From assembly GCF_009914755.1 (NCBI RefSeq), contig NC_060933.1: 64,000 nucleotides of DNA, one strand, 5' to 3'. Below the pieces are notes generated by a model. It made no database searches. It was given only the letters and a program-made list of their open reading frames with translations, and had not been told where the DNA came from. This document shows, one piece after another, positions 38,901 to 54,100 of the stretch (within the stretch, counting starts at the first letter, position 1; the number at the start of each line of letters is the position of its first letter). The DNA comes from the human T2T-CHM13v2.0 reference genome, Homo sapiens. Position numbers and translations under genes: made by a program.

Positions 38901-41835
38901 CATTCCATTCCATTCCGTTCCATTCCATTCCATTACATTCGGATTGATTCTATTCAATTCCCTTACACTGCATTACATTCCATTCCATTCGGGTAGTTTC
39001 CATTCCATTCCATTCCATTCCCCTCCATTCCATTGCACTCGGGTTGATTCCATTCCATTGCATTCCATTCCATTCCATTCAATTCCATTCCATTCCATTC
39101 AATTCCATTACATTCGGATTGATTCTATTCAACTCCCTTACTCTCCATTCCATTCCATTCCATTCGGGTTGTTCCATTCCATTCCATTCCATTCCACTCC
39201 ATTCCATTGCACTCGGGTTGACTCCATTTCATTCCATTCCATTCCATTCCATTCCATTCCATTCCATTACAATCGAGTTGATTCCATTCCATTCCATTCC
39301 ATTCCAGTCCTTTCCATTCCATTCCACTCGGGTTGATTCCATTCTATTAGTTTCCCTTCCATTCCATTCCCTTCCATTCCACTCTGGTTGATTCCATTCC
39401 TTTCCATTCCACTCGAATACATTCCCTCCTATTCCACTTGGAACGATTCCATTCCATTCCATTCCATTCCATTCCATTCCATTCCGGATGATTCCATTCC
39501 ATTGCATTCCGTTCCATTACATTCCCCTGCACTCGGGTTGATTCCATTCCATTCCATTCCATTCCATTCCATTCCATTCCATTCCTATTCTTTCCATTCC
39601 ATTCTATTCCGTACCATTCCATTCCATTCCATACAATTCCATTCCATTCCATTCCACTCCGTTCCGTTCCGTTCCGTTCTGTTCCGTTCCATTCCATTCC
39701 ATTCCATTCTATTCGGTTTAATTCCATTCCATTCCATTCCATTCCATTCTATTCCATTCCATTGCAATCGAGTTGAATCCATTGCATTCCATTCCATTCC
39801 ATTCCATTCCATTCCATTCCATTCCGGAATATTCCATTCCATTGCATTCCATTCCATTCCATTCCATTCCATTCCATTCCATTCCATTCCATTGTACTCG
39901 GGTTGATTCCATTCCATTGCATTCCATTCCATTCCATTCCATTCCATTCCATTCCATTCCATTCCATTCCATTCCGTTCTATTCCATTCCATTACATTCG
40001 GATTGATTCTTTTCAACTGCCTTACTCTCCATTACATTCCATTCCATTCGGGTTGTTCCATTCCATTCCATTCCATTCCACTCCATTCCATTGCACTCGG
40101 GTTGATTCCATTCCATTCCATTCCATTCCATTCCGGATGATTCAATTCCATTGCATTCCGTTCCATTACATTCCCCTGCACTCGTGTTGATTCCATTCCA
40201 TTCCATTCCATTCCATTCAATTCCATTCCATTACAATTCGTTCCATTCTATTCTATTCCATACCATTCCATTCCATTCCATGCCATTCCATTCCATTCCA
40301 TTCCATTCCATTCCATTCCATTCCGTTCCATTCCATTCAATTCCATTCTATTCGGATTAATTCCATTCCATTCCATTCCATTCCATTCCATTCCATTCCA
40401 TTCCATTCTATTCCATTCCATTGCAATCGAGTTGAATCTATTGCATTTCATTCCATTCCATTCCATTCCATTCCATTCCGGAAATTTCCATTCCATTGCA
40501 TTCCATTCCATTCCATTCCCCTGCACTCGCGTTGATTCCATTCCATTCCATTCCATTCCATTCCGTTCCGTTCCATTCCATTCCATTCCATTCCATTCCA
40601 TTCCGTTCCATTCCATTCCATTCCATTCTATTCGGGTTAATTCCATTCCATTCCATTCGATTGCAATCGAGTTGATTCCATTCCATTCCATTCCATTCCA
40701 TTCCATTCCATTCCATTCCATTCCTTTCCATTCCATTACGGATGATTCCATTCCATTGCATTCTATTCCATTCCATTCCCCTGTACTCGGGTTGATTCCA
40801 TTCCATTCCATTCCAATCCATGCCATTCCACTCGTGTTGATTCCATTCTTTCCATTCCATTCAAGTTGAATCCATTCCATTGCATTCCATTCAATTTGAT
40901 TCCATTCGATTGCACTCGGGTTGATTCCATTCCATTGCATTCCATTCCATTCCATTCCATTCCATTCCATTCCATTCCGTTCCATTCCATTCCATTACAT
41001 TCGGATTGATTCTATTCAATTCCCTTACACTGCATTACATTCCATTCCATTCGGGTAGTTTCCATTCCATTCCATTCCATTCCCCTCCATTCCATTGCAC
41101 TAGGGTTGATTCCATTCCATTCCATTCCATTCCATTCCATTCCGGATGATTCCATTCCATTGCATTCCGTTCCATTACATTCCCCTGCACTCGGGTTGAT
41201 TCCATTCCATTCCTTTCCATTCCATTCGATTCCATTCCATTCCCCTGCACTCGCGTTGATTCCATTCCATTCCATTCCATTCCATTCCATTCCATTCCAT
41301 TCCTTTCCGTTCCATTCCATTCCATTCCATTCCATTCCGTTCCGTTCCATTCCATTCCATTCCATTCTATTCGGGTTAATTCCATTCCATTCCATTCGAT
41401 TGCAATCGAGTTGATTCCATTCCATTCCATTCCATTCCATTCCATTCCATTCCATTCCATTCCATTCCAGTCCTTTCCATTCCTTTCCATTCCATTACTG
41501 ATGATTCCATTCCATTGCATTCCATTCCATTCCATTCCCCTGTACTCGGGTTGATTCCATTCCATTCCATTCCAATCCATGTCATTCCACTCGTGTTGAT
41601 TCCATTCTTTCCTTTCCATTCAAGTTGAATCCATTCCATTGCATTCCATTGCATTCGATTCCATTCGATTGCACTCGGGTTGATTCCATTCCATTGCATT
41701 CCATTTCATTCCATTCCATTCCATTCCGTTCCATTCCATTTCATTACATTCAGATTGATTCTTTTCAATTCCCTTACACTCCATAATATTCCAATCCATT
41801 CTGGTTGTTTCCATTCCATTCCATTCCATTCCATT

Positions 41836-41865
41836 CCGTTCCGTTCCGTTCCGTTCCGTTCCGTT
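41836..41865 (+). repeat. (CCGTT)6 variant-pentamer run
   Basis: Six consecutive CCGTT units; a (CCGTT)5 run lies at ~42295-42319. Elsewhere such runs are usually 1-4 units. Confidence 0.9.
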
Positions 41866-44800
41866 CCATTCCATTCCATTCCATTCCATTCCGTTCCGTT
41901 CCATTCCATTCCATTCCATTCTATTCGGGTTAATTCCATTCCATTCCATTCGATTGCAATCGTGTTGATTCCATTCCATTCCATTCCATTCCATTCCATT
42001 CCATTCCTTTCCATTCCATTACGGATGATTCCATTCCATTGCATTCCATTCCATTCCATTCCCCTGTACTCGGGTTGATTCCATTCCATTGCATTCCAAT
42101 TCATGCCCTTCCACTCGTGTTGATTCCATTCTTTCCATTCCATTCAAGTTGAATCCATTCCATTGCATTCCTTTCCATTCCATTCCCCTGCAATCGCGTT
42201 GATTCCATTCCATTCCATTCCATTCCATTCCATTCCATTCCATTCCCTTCCGTTCCATTCCATTCCATTCCATTCCATTCCATTCCATTCCATTCCGTTC
42301 CGTTCCGTTCCGTTCCGTTCCATTCCGTTCCATTCCATTCTATTCGGGTTAATTCTATTCCATTCCATTCGATTGCAATCGAGTCAATTCCATTCCATTC
42401 CATTCCATTCCATTACATTCAATTCCATTCCATTCCATTCCATTACGGATGATTCCATTCCATTGCATTCCATTCCATTCCATTCCCCTGTACTCGGGTT
42501 GATTCCATTCCATTCCATTCCAATCCATGCCATTCCACTCGTGTTGATTCCATTCTTTCCATTCCATTCAAGTTGAATCCATTCCATTGCATTCCATTCC
42601 ATTCCATTCCCCTGCAGTCGGGTTGATTCCATTCCATTCCATTCCATTCCATTCCATTCCGTTCCGTTCCATTCCATTCCATTCCTTTCTATTCGGGTTA
42701 ATTCCATTCCATTCCATTCCATTCCATTCCATTTCAATCAAGTTGATTCCATTCCATTCCATTCCAATCCATTCCATTCCATTCCATTCCATTCCACTCC
42801 ATTCCAGTCCTTTCCATTCCATTCCACTCTGGTTGATTCCAATGCATTCCTTTCCATTCCATTCCATTCCATTGCAATCGAGTTGATTCCATTGCTTTGC
42901 ATTCCATTCCATTCCGGATGATTCCATTCCATTGCATTGCATTCCATTCCATTCCCCTGCACTCGGGTTGATTCCATTCCATTCCACTCCATTCCGTTCC
43001 ATTCCATTCCATTCCATTGTATTCGGGTTAATTCCATTCCATTCCATTCCATTCCATTCCATTCCATTACAATCGAGTTTATTCCATTCCATTCCATTCC
43101 ATTCCAGTCCTTTCCATTCCATTCCACTCGGGTTGATTCCATTCTGTTAGTTTCCATTCCATTCCATTCCCTTCCATTCCACTCTGGTTGATTCCATTCC
43201 TTTCCATTCCACTCGAATACATTCCCTCCTATTCCACTCGGAACGATTCCATTCCATTCCATTCCATTCCATTCCATTCCATTCCATTTCCTTCCATTCC
43301 ATTCAATTCCGTATCATTCCATTCCATTCCATTCCATTCCATTCCATTCCATTCCATTCCATTGTACTCGGGTTGATTCCATTCCATTGCATTCCATTCC
43401 ATTCCATTCCATTCCATTCCGTTGCATTCCATTCCATTACATTCGGATTGATTCTATTCAACTCCTTTACTCTCCATTACATTCCATTCCATTCGGGTTG
43501 TTCCATTCCATTCCATTCCATTCCACTCCATTCCATTGCACTATGGTTGATTCCATTCCACTCCATTCCATTCCATTCCGGATGATTCCATTCCATTGCA
43601 TTCCGTTCCATTACATTCCCCTGCACTCGCGTTGATTCCATTCCATTCCATCCAATTCCATTCCATTACAATTCGTTCCATTCCATTCTATTCCGTACCA
43701 TTCCATTCCATTCCATACCATTCCATTCCATTCCATTCCATTCCATTCCGTTCCATTCCGTTCCATTCCATTCCATTCCATTCCATTCCATTCCATTCTA
43801 TTCCATTCCATTGCAATCGAGTTGAATCCATTGCATTTCATTCCATTCCATTCCATTCCATTCCATTCCATTCCGGATGATTCCATTCCATTGCATTCCA
43901 TTCCATTCCATTCCCCTGCACTCGCATTGATTCCATTCCATTCCATTCCGTTCCGTTCCATTCCATTCCATTCCATTCCGTTCCATTCCATTCCATTCCA
44001 TTCCATTCCATTCTATTCGGGTTAATTCCATTCCATTCCATTCGATTGCAATCGAGTTGATTCCATTCCATTCCATTCCATTCCATTCCATTCCATTCCA
44101 TTCCATTCCGGATGATTCCATTCCATTGCATTGCATTCCATTCCATTCCCCTGCACTCGGGTTGATTCCATTCCATTCCACTCCATTTCGTTCCATTCCA
44201 TTCCATTCCATTGTATTCGGGTTAATTCCATTCCATTCCATTCCATTGCATTCCCTTCCATTATAATCGAGTTTATTCCATTCCATTCCATTCCATTCCA
44301 GTCCTTTCCATTCCATTCCACTCGGGTTGATTCCATTCTATTAGTTTCCATTCCATTCCATTCCCTTCCATTCCACTCTGGTTGATTCCATTCCTTTCCA
44401 TTCCAATCGAATACATTCCCTCCTATTCCACTCGGAACGATTCCATTCCATTCCATTCCATTCCATTCCATTCCATTCCATTCCATTCCATTTCGTTCCA
44501 TTCCATTCCATTCCGTATCATTCCATTCCATTCCATTCCATTCCATTCCATTGTACTCGGGTTGATTCCATTCCATTGCATTCCATTCCATTCCATTCCA
44601 TTCCATTCCGTTGCATTCCATTCCATTACATTCGGATTGATTCTATTCAACTCCCTTACTCTCCATTACATTCCATTCCATTCGGGTTGTTCCATTCCAT
44701 TCCATTCCATTCCACTCCATTCCATTGCACTAGGGTTGATTCCATTCCATTCCATTCCATTCCATTCCGGATGATTCCATTCCATTGCATTCCGTTCCAT

Positions 44801-47800
44801 TACATTCCCCTGCACTCGCGTTGATTCCATTCCATTCCATTCAATTCCATTCCATTACAATTCGTTCCATTCCATTCTATTCCGTACCATTCCATTCCAT
44901 TCCATACCATTCCATTCCATTCCATTCCATTCCATTCCGTTCCATTCCGTTCCATTGCATTCCATTCCATTCTATTCGGGTTAATTCCATTCCATTCCAT
45001 TCCATTCCATTCTATTCCATTCCATTGCAATCGAGTTGAATCCATTGCATTTCATTCCATTAAATTCCATTCCATTCCATTCCGGAAGGTTCCATTCCAT
45101 TGCATTCCATTCCATTCCATTCCCCTGCACTCGCATTGATTCCATTCCATTCCATTCCATTCCATTCCGTTCCGTTCCATTCCATTCCATTCCATTCCAT
45201 TCCATTCCGTTCCATTCCATTCCATTCCATTCTATTCGGGTTAATTCCATTCCATTCCATTCGATTGCAATCGAGTTGATTCCTTTCCATTCCATTCCAT
45301 TCCATTCCATTCCATTCCTTTCCATTCCATTACGGATGATTCCATTCCATTGCATTCCATTCCATTCCATTCCCCTGTACTCGGGTTGATTCCATTCCAT
45401 TCCATTCCAGTCCATGCCATTACATTCCATTCCGGATGATTCCATTCCATTGCATTCCATTCCATTCCATTCCCCTGCACTCGGGTTGATTCCATTCCAT
45501 TCCACTCCATTCCGTTCCATTCCATTCCATTCCATTGTATTGGGGTTAATTCCATTCCATTCCATTCCATTCCATTCAATTCCATTGCAATCGAGTTGAT
45601 TCCATTCCATTCCATTCCATTCCATTACATTCCATTCCATTACATTCCATTCCGGATGATTCCATTCCATTGCATTCCATTCCATTCCATTCCCCTGCAC
45701 TCGGGTTGATTCCATTCCATTCCATTCCATTCCATTCCATTCCATTACAATCGAGTTGATTCCATTCCATTCCATTCCATTCCAGTCTTTCCATTCCATT
45801 CCACTCGGGTTGATTCCATTCTATTAGTTTCCATTCCATTCCATTCCCTTCCATTCCACTCTGGTTGATACCATTCCTTTCCATTCCACTCGAATACATT
45901 CCCTCCTACTCCACTCGGAACGATTCCATTCCATTCCATTCCATTCCAATCCATTCCATTTCGTTCCATTCCATTCTATTCCGTATCATTCCATTCCATT
46001 CCATTCCATTCCATTCCATTCCATTCCATTCCATTGTACTCGGGTTGATTCAATTCCATTGCATTCCATTCCATTCCATTCCATTCCATTCCATTCCATT
46101 CCATTCCATTCCGTTGCATTCCATTCCATTACATTCGGATTGATTCTATTCAACTCCCTTACTCTCCATTACATTCCATTCCATTCGGGTTGTTCCATTC
46201 CATTCCATTCCATTCCATTCCACTCCATTCTATTGCACTTGGGTTGATTCCATTCCATTCCATTCCATTCCATTCCATTCCATTCCGTTCTGGATGATTG
46301 CATTCCATTGCATTCGGTTCCATTACATTCCCCTGCACTCGGGTTGATTCCATTCCATTGCATTCCATTCCATTCCATTCCATTCCATTCCATTCCATTC
46401 CGTTCCATTCCATTACATTCGGATTGATTCTATTCAACTCCCTTACTCTCCATTACATTCCATTCCATTCGGGTTGTTCCATTCCATTCCATTCCATTCC
46501 ACTCCATTCCATTGCGCTCGGGTTGATTCCATTCCATTCCATTCCATTCCATTCCATTCCGGATGATTCCATTCCATTGCATTCCGTTCCATTACATTCC
46601 CCTGCACTCGGGTTGATTCCATTCCATTCCATTCCATTCCATTCGATTCCATTCCATTCCAATTCTTTCCATTCCATTCTATTCCGTACCATTCCATTCC
46701 ATTCCATACAATTCCATTCCATTCCATTCCACTCCGTTCCGTTCCGTTCCGTTCTGTTCCGTTCAATTCCATTCCATTCCATTCTATTCGGTTTAATTAC
46801 ATTCCATTCCATTCCATTCCATTCCATTCCATTCTATTCCATTCCATTGCAATCGAGTTGAATCCATTGCATTCCATTCCATTCCATTGCATTCCATTCC
46901 ATTCCATTCCGGAAGATTCCATTCCATTGCATTCCATTCCATTCCATTCCATTCCATTCCATTCCATTCCATTCCATTCCATTGTACTCGGGTTGATTCC
47001 ATTCCATTGCATTCCATTCCATTCCATTCCATTCCATTCCATTCCCTTCCATTCCACTCTGGTTGATTCCATTCCTTTCCATTCCACTCGAATACATTCC
47101 CTCCTATTCCACTCGGAACGATTCCATTCCATTCCATTCCATTCCATTCCATTCCATTCCATTCCATTTCGTTCCATTACATTCTATTCCGTATCATTCC
47201 ATTCCATTCCATTCCATTCCATTCCATTCCATTCCATTCCATTGTACTGGTGTTGATTCCATTCCATTGCATTCCATTCCATTCCATTCCATTCCATTCC
47301 GTTGCATTCCATTCCATTACATTCGGATTGATTCTATTCAACTCCCTTACTCTCCATTACATTGCATTCCATTAGGGTTGTTCCATTCCATTCCATTACA
47401 TTCCACTCCATTCCATTGCACTCGGGTTGATTCCATTCCATTCCATTCCATTCCATTCCATTCCATTCCATTCCGGATGATTCCATTCCATTGCATTCCG
47501 TTCCATTACATTCCCCTGCACTCGCGTTGATTCCATTCCATTCCATTCCATTCCATTCAATTCCATTCCATTACAATTCGTTCCATTCCATTCTATTCCG
47601 TACCATTCCATTCCATTCCATACCATTCCATTCCATTCCATTCCATTCCATTCCATTCCGTTCCATTCCGTTCCATTCCATTCCATTCCATTCTATTCGG
47701 ATTAATTCCATTCCATTCCATTCCATTACATTCTAATCCATTCCATTGAAATCGAGTTGAATCCATTGCATTTCATTCCATTCCATTCCATTCCATTCCA

Positions 47801-49099
47801 TTCCGGAAGATTCCATTCCATTGCATTCCATTCCATTCAATTCCCCTGCACTCGCGTTGATTCCATTCCATTCCATTCCATTCCGTTCCATTCCATTCCA
47901 TTCCATTCCATTCCATTCCATTCCGTTCCGTTCCATTCCATTCCATTCCATTCTATTCGGGTTAATTCCATTCCATTCCATTCGATTGCAATCGAGTTGA
48001 TTCCATTCCATTCCATTCCATTCCATTCCATTCCATTCCATTTCGTTCCATTCCATTCTATTCCGTATCATTCCATTCCATTCCATTCGATTCCATTCCA
48101 TTCCATTCCATTCCATTCCATTCCATTGTACTCGGGTTGATTCAATTCCATTGCATTCCATTCCATTCCATTCCATTCCATTCCATTCCATTCCGTTGAA
48201 TTCCATTCCATTACATTCGGATTGATTCTATACAACTCCCTTACTCTCCGTTACATTCCATTGCACTCGGGTTGATTCCATTCCATTCCATTACATTCCA
48301 TTCCATTCCATTCCATTCCGGATGATTCCATTCCATTGCATTCCGTTCCATTACATTCCCTTGCACTCGCGTTAATTCCATTCCATTCCATTCCATTCCA
48401 TTCAATTCCATTCCATTACAATTCGTTCCATTCCATTCTATTCCGTACCATTCCATTCCATTCCATACCATTCCATTCCATTCCATTCCATTCCATTCCA
48501 TTCCTTTCCATTCCGTTCCATTCCATTCCATTCCATTCTATTCGGATTAATTCCATTCCATTCCATTCCATTCCATTCTATTCCATTCCATTGCAATCGA
48601 GTTGAATCCATTGCATTTCATTCCATTCCATTTCATTCCATTCCATTCCGGAAGATTCCATTCCATTCCATTCCATTCCATTCCATTCCCCTACAGTCGC
48701 GTTGATTCCATTCCATTCCATTCCATTCCATTCCATTCCATTCCGTTCCGTTCCATTCCATTCCATTCCATTCCATTTCATTCCGTTCCGTTCCATTCCA
48801 TTCCATTCCATTCCATTCTATTCAGGTTAATTCCATTCCATTCCATTCGATTGTAATCGAGTTGACTCCATTCCATTCCATTCCATTCCATTCCATTCCA
48901 TTCCATTCCATTCCTTTCCATTCCATTACGGATGATTCCATTCCATTGCATTCCATTGCATTCCATTCCCCTGTACTCGGGTTGATTCCATTCCATTCCA
49001 TTCGAATCCATGCCATTCCACTCGTGTTGATTCCATTCTTTCCATTCCATTCAAGTTGAATCCATTCCATTGCATTCCATTCCATTCGATTCCATTCTA

Positions 49100-51110
49100 T
49101 TGCACTCGGGTTGATTCAATTCCATTGCATTCCATTCCATTCCATTCCGTTGCATTCCATTCCATTACATTCGGATTGATTCTATTCAACTCCCTTACTC
49201 TCCATTACATTCCATTCCATTCGGGTTGTTCCATTCCATTCCATTGCACTCCATTCCATTGCACTCGGGTTGATTCCATTCCATTCCATTCCATTCCATT
49301 CCATTCCGGATGATTCCATTCCATTACATTCCGTTCCATTACATTCCCCTGCACTCGCGTTGATTCCATTCCATTCCATTCCATTCCATTCAATTCCATT
49401 CCATTACAATTCGTTCCATTCCATTCTATTCCGTACCATTCCATTCCATTCCATACCATTCCATTCCATTCCATTCCATTCCATTCCATTCCGTTCCATT
49501 CCATTCCATTCCATTCTATTCGGGTTAATTCCATTCCATTCCATTCCATTCCATTCCATTCCATTCCATTCCATTCTATTCCATTCCATTGCAATCGAGT
49601 TGAATCCATTGCATTTCATTCCATTCCATTCCATTCCATTCCATTCCGGAAGATTCCATTCCATTGCATTCCATTCCATTCCATTCCCCTGCACTCGCGT
49701 TGATTCCATTCCATTCCATTCCATTCCATTCCATCCATTCCATTCCGTTCTGTTCCATTCCATTCCATTCCATTCCATTCCATTCCGTTCCGTTCCATTC
49801 CATTCCACTCCATTCTATTCGGGTTAATTCCATTCCATTCCATTCGATTGCAATCGACTTGATTCCATTCCATTCCATTCCATTCCATTCCATTCCATTC
49901 CATTCCTTTCCATTCCATTACGGATGATTCCATTCCATTGCATTCCATTCCATTCCATTCCCCTGTACTCGGGTTGATTCCATTCCATTCCATTCCAATC
50001 CACGCCATTCCACTCGTGTTGATTCCATTCTTTCCATTCCATTCAAGTTGAATCCATTCCATTGCATTCTATTCCATTCGATTCCATTCGATTGCACTCA
50101 GGTTGATTCAATTCCATTGCATTCCATTCCATTCCATTCCATTCCATTCCGTTGCATTCCATTCCATTACATTCCGATTGATTCTATTCAACTCCCTTAC
50201 TCTCCATTACATTCCATTCCATTCGAGTTGTTCCATTCCATTCCATTCCATTGCACTCCATTCCATTGCACTCGGGTTGATTCCATTCCATTCCATTCCA
50301 TTCCATTCCATTCCGGATGATTCCATTCCATTACATTCCGTTCCATTACATTCCCCTGCACTCGCGTTGATTCCATTCCATTCCATTCCATTCCATTCAA
50401 TTCCATTCCATTACAATTCGTTCCATTCCATTCTATTCCGTACCATTCCATTCCATTCCATACCATTCCATTCCATTCCATTCCATTCCATTCCATTCCA
50501 TTCCGTTCCATTCCATTCCATTCCATTCTATTCGGGTTAATTCCATTCCATTCCATTCCATTCCATTCCATTCCATTCCATTCTATTCCATTCCATTGCA
50601 ATCGAGTTGAATCCATTGCATTTCATTCCATTCCATTCCATTCAATTCCATTCCGGAACATTCCATTCCATTGCATTCCATTCCATTCCATTCCCCTGCA
50701 CTCGCGTTGATTCCATTCCATTCCATTCCATTCCATTCCATCCATTCCATTCCGTTCTGTTCCATTCCATTCCATTCCATTCCATTCCGTTCCGTTCCAT
50801 TCCATTCCACTCCATTCTATTCGGGTTAATTCCATTCCATTCCATTCGATTGCAATCGAGTTGATTCCATTCCACTCCATTCCATTCCATTCCATTCCAT
50901 TCCATTCCATTCCTTTCCATTCCATTACGGATGATTCCATTCCATTGCATTCCATTCCATTCCATTCCCCTGTACTCGGGTTGATTCCATTCCATTCCAT
51001 TCCAATCCACGCCATTCCACTCGTGTTGATTCCATTCTTTCCATTCCATTCAAGTTGAATCCATTCCATTGCATTCTATTGCATTCGATTCCATTCGATT
51101 GCACTCGGGT
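49100..51110 (+). repeat. Tandem duplication, unit ~1007 bp
   Basis: CCATCC 49731/50738 and CCACGCC ~50000/51007. ORF-track twins 49616..50062 and 50623..51069 have offset 1007. Confidence 0.9.
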
Positions 51111-54100
51111 TGATTCCATTCCATTGCATTCCATTCCATTCCATTCCATTCCATTCCATTCCGTTCCATTCCATTCCATTACATTCGGATTGATTCTATT
51201 CAATTCCCTTACACTCCATTACATTCCATTCCATTCGGGTAGTTTCCATTCCATTCCATTCCATTCCTCTCCATTCCATTGCACTCGGGTTGATTCCATT
51301 CCATTGCATTCCATTCCATTCCATTCCATTCCATTCCATTCCATTCCATTCCATTACATTCGGATTGATTCTATTCAACTCCCTTACTCTCCATTACATT
51401 CCATTCCATTCGGGTTGTTCCATTCCATTCCATTCCATTCCACTCCATTCCATTGCACTCGGGTTGATTCCATTCCATTCCATTCCATTCCATTCCATTC
51501 CATTCCATTCCATTCCGTTCCATTCCGTTCCATTCCATTCCATTCCATTCTATTCGGATTAATTCCATTCCATTCCATTCCGTTCCATTCTATTCCATTC
51601 CATTGCAATTGAGTTGAATCCATTGCATTTCATTCCATTCCATTCAATTCCATTCCATTCCGGAAGATTGCATTCCATTGCATTCCATTCCTTTCCATTC
51701 CCCTGCACTCGCGTTGATTCCATTCCATTCCATTCCATTCCATTCCACTCCTTTCCGTTCCGTTCCATTCCATTCCATTCCATTCCATTCCATTCCGTTC
51801 CGTTCCATTCCATTCCATTCCATTCTATTCGGGTTAATTCCATTCCATTCCATTCGATTGCAATCGAGTTGATTCCATTCCATTCCATTCCATTCCATTC
51901 CATTCCATTCCTTTGCATTCCATTACGGATGATTCCATTCAATTGGATTCCATTCCATTCCATTCCCCTGTACTCGGGTTGATTCCATTCCATTCCATTC
52001 CAATCCATGCCATTCCACTCGTGTTGATTCCATTATTTCCTTTCCATTCAAGTTGAATCCATTCCATTGCATTCCATTCCATTCGATTCCATTCTATTGC
52101 ACTCGGGTTGATTCCATTCCATTGCATTCCATTCCATTCCATTCCATTCCATTCCATTCCATTCCGTTCCATTCCATTCCATTACATTCGGATTGATTCT
52201 ATTCCATTCCCTTACACTCCATTACATTCCATTCCATTCGGGTAGTTTCCATTCCATTCCATTCCATTCCTCTCCATTCCATTGCACTCGGGTTGATTCC
52301 ATTCCATTGCATTCCATTCCATTCCATTCCATTCCATTCCGTTCCATTCCATTCCATTACATTCGGATTGATTCTATTCAACTCCCTTACTCTCCATTAC
52401 ATTCCATTCCATTCGGGTTGTTCCATTCCACTCCATTCCATTGCACTCGTGTTGATTCCATTCCATTCCATTCCATTCCATTCCATTCCGGATGATTCCA
52501 TTCCATTACATTCCGTTCCATTACATTCCCCTGCACTCGCGTTGATTCCATTCCATTCCATTCCATTCCAATCAATTCCATTCCATTACAATTCGTTCCA
52601 TTCCATTCTATTCCGTACCATTCCATTCCATTCCATACCATTCCATTCCATTCCATTCCATTCCATTCCGTTCCATTCCATTCCATTCCATTCCATTCGG
52701 GTTAATTCCATTCCATTCCATTCCATTCCATTCCATTCCATTCCATTCTATTCCATTCCATTGCAATCGAGTTGAATCCATTGCATTTCATTCCATTCCA
52801 TTCCATTCCATTCCATTCCGGAAGATTCCATTCCATTGCATTCCATTCCATTCCATTCCCCTGCACTCACGTTGATTCCATTCCATTCCATTCCATTCCA
52901 TTCCATCCATTCCATTCCGTTCTGTTCCATTCCATTCCATTCCATTCCATTCCATTCCATTCCGTTCCGTTCCATTCCATTCCACTCCATTCTATTCGGG
53001 TTAATTCCATTCCATTCCATTCGATTGCAATCGACTTGATTCCATTCCATTCCATTCCATTCCATTCCATTCCATTCCTTTCCATTCCATTACGGATGAT
53101 TACATTCCATTGCATTCCATTCCATTCCATTCCCCTGTACTCGGGTTGATTCCATTCCATTCCATTCCAATCCACGCCATTCCACTCGTGTTGATTCCAT
53201 TCTTTCCATTCCATTCAAGTTGAATCCATTCCATTGCATTCTATTCCATTCGATTCCATTCGATTGCACTCGGGTTGATTCCATTCCATTGCATTCCATT
53301 CCATTCCATTCCATTCCATTCCATTCCGTTCCATTCCATTCCATTACATTCGGATTGATTCTATTCAATTCCCTTACACTCCATTACATTCCATTCCATT
53401 CGGGTAGTTTCCATTCCATTGCATTCCATTCCTCTCCATTCCATTGAACTCGGGTTGATTCCATTCCATTGCATTCCATTCCATTCCTTTCCATTCCATT
53501 CCATTCCATTCCATTACATTCGGATTGATTCTATTCAACTCCCTTACTCTCCATTACATTCCATTCCATTCGGGTTGTTCCATTCCATTCCATTCCATTC
53601 CACTCTATTCCATTGCACTCGGGTTGATTCCTTTCCATTCCATTCCATTCCATTCCATTCCATTCCAATCGAGTTGATTCCATTCCATTCCATTCCATTC
53701 CACTCCATTCCAGTCCTTTCCATTCCATTCCACTCGGGTTGATTCCAATGTATTCCTTTCAATTCCATTCCATTCCATTGCAATCGAGTTGATTCCATTG
53801 CTTTGCATTCGATTCCATTCCATTCCATTCCGGATGATTCCATTCCATTGCATTCCATTCCATTCCATTCCCCTGCACTCGGGTTGATTCCATTCCATTC
53901 CACTCCATGCCGTTCCATTCCATTCCATTCCATTGTATTCGGGTTAATTCCATTCCATTCCATTCCATTCCATTCCATTCCATTCCATTCCATTACAATC
54001 GAGTTGATTCCATTCCATTCCATTCCATTCCAGTCCTTTCCATTCCATTCCACTCGGGTTGATTCCATTCTATTAGTTTCCATTCCATTCCATTCCCTTC

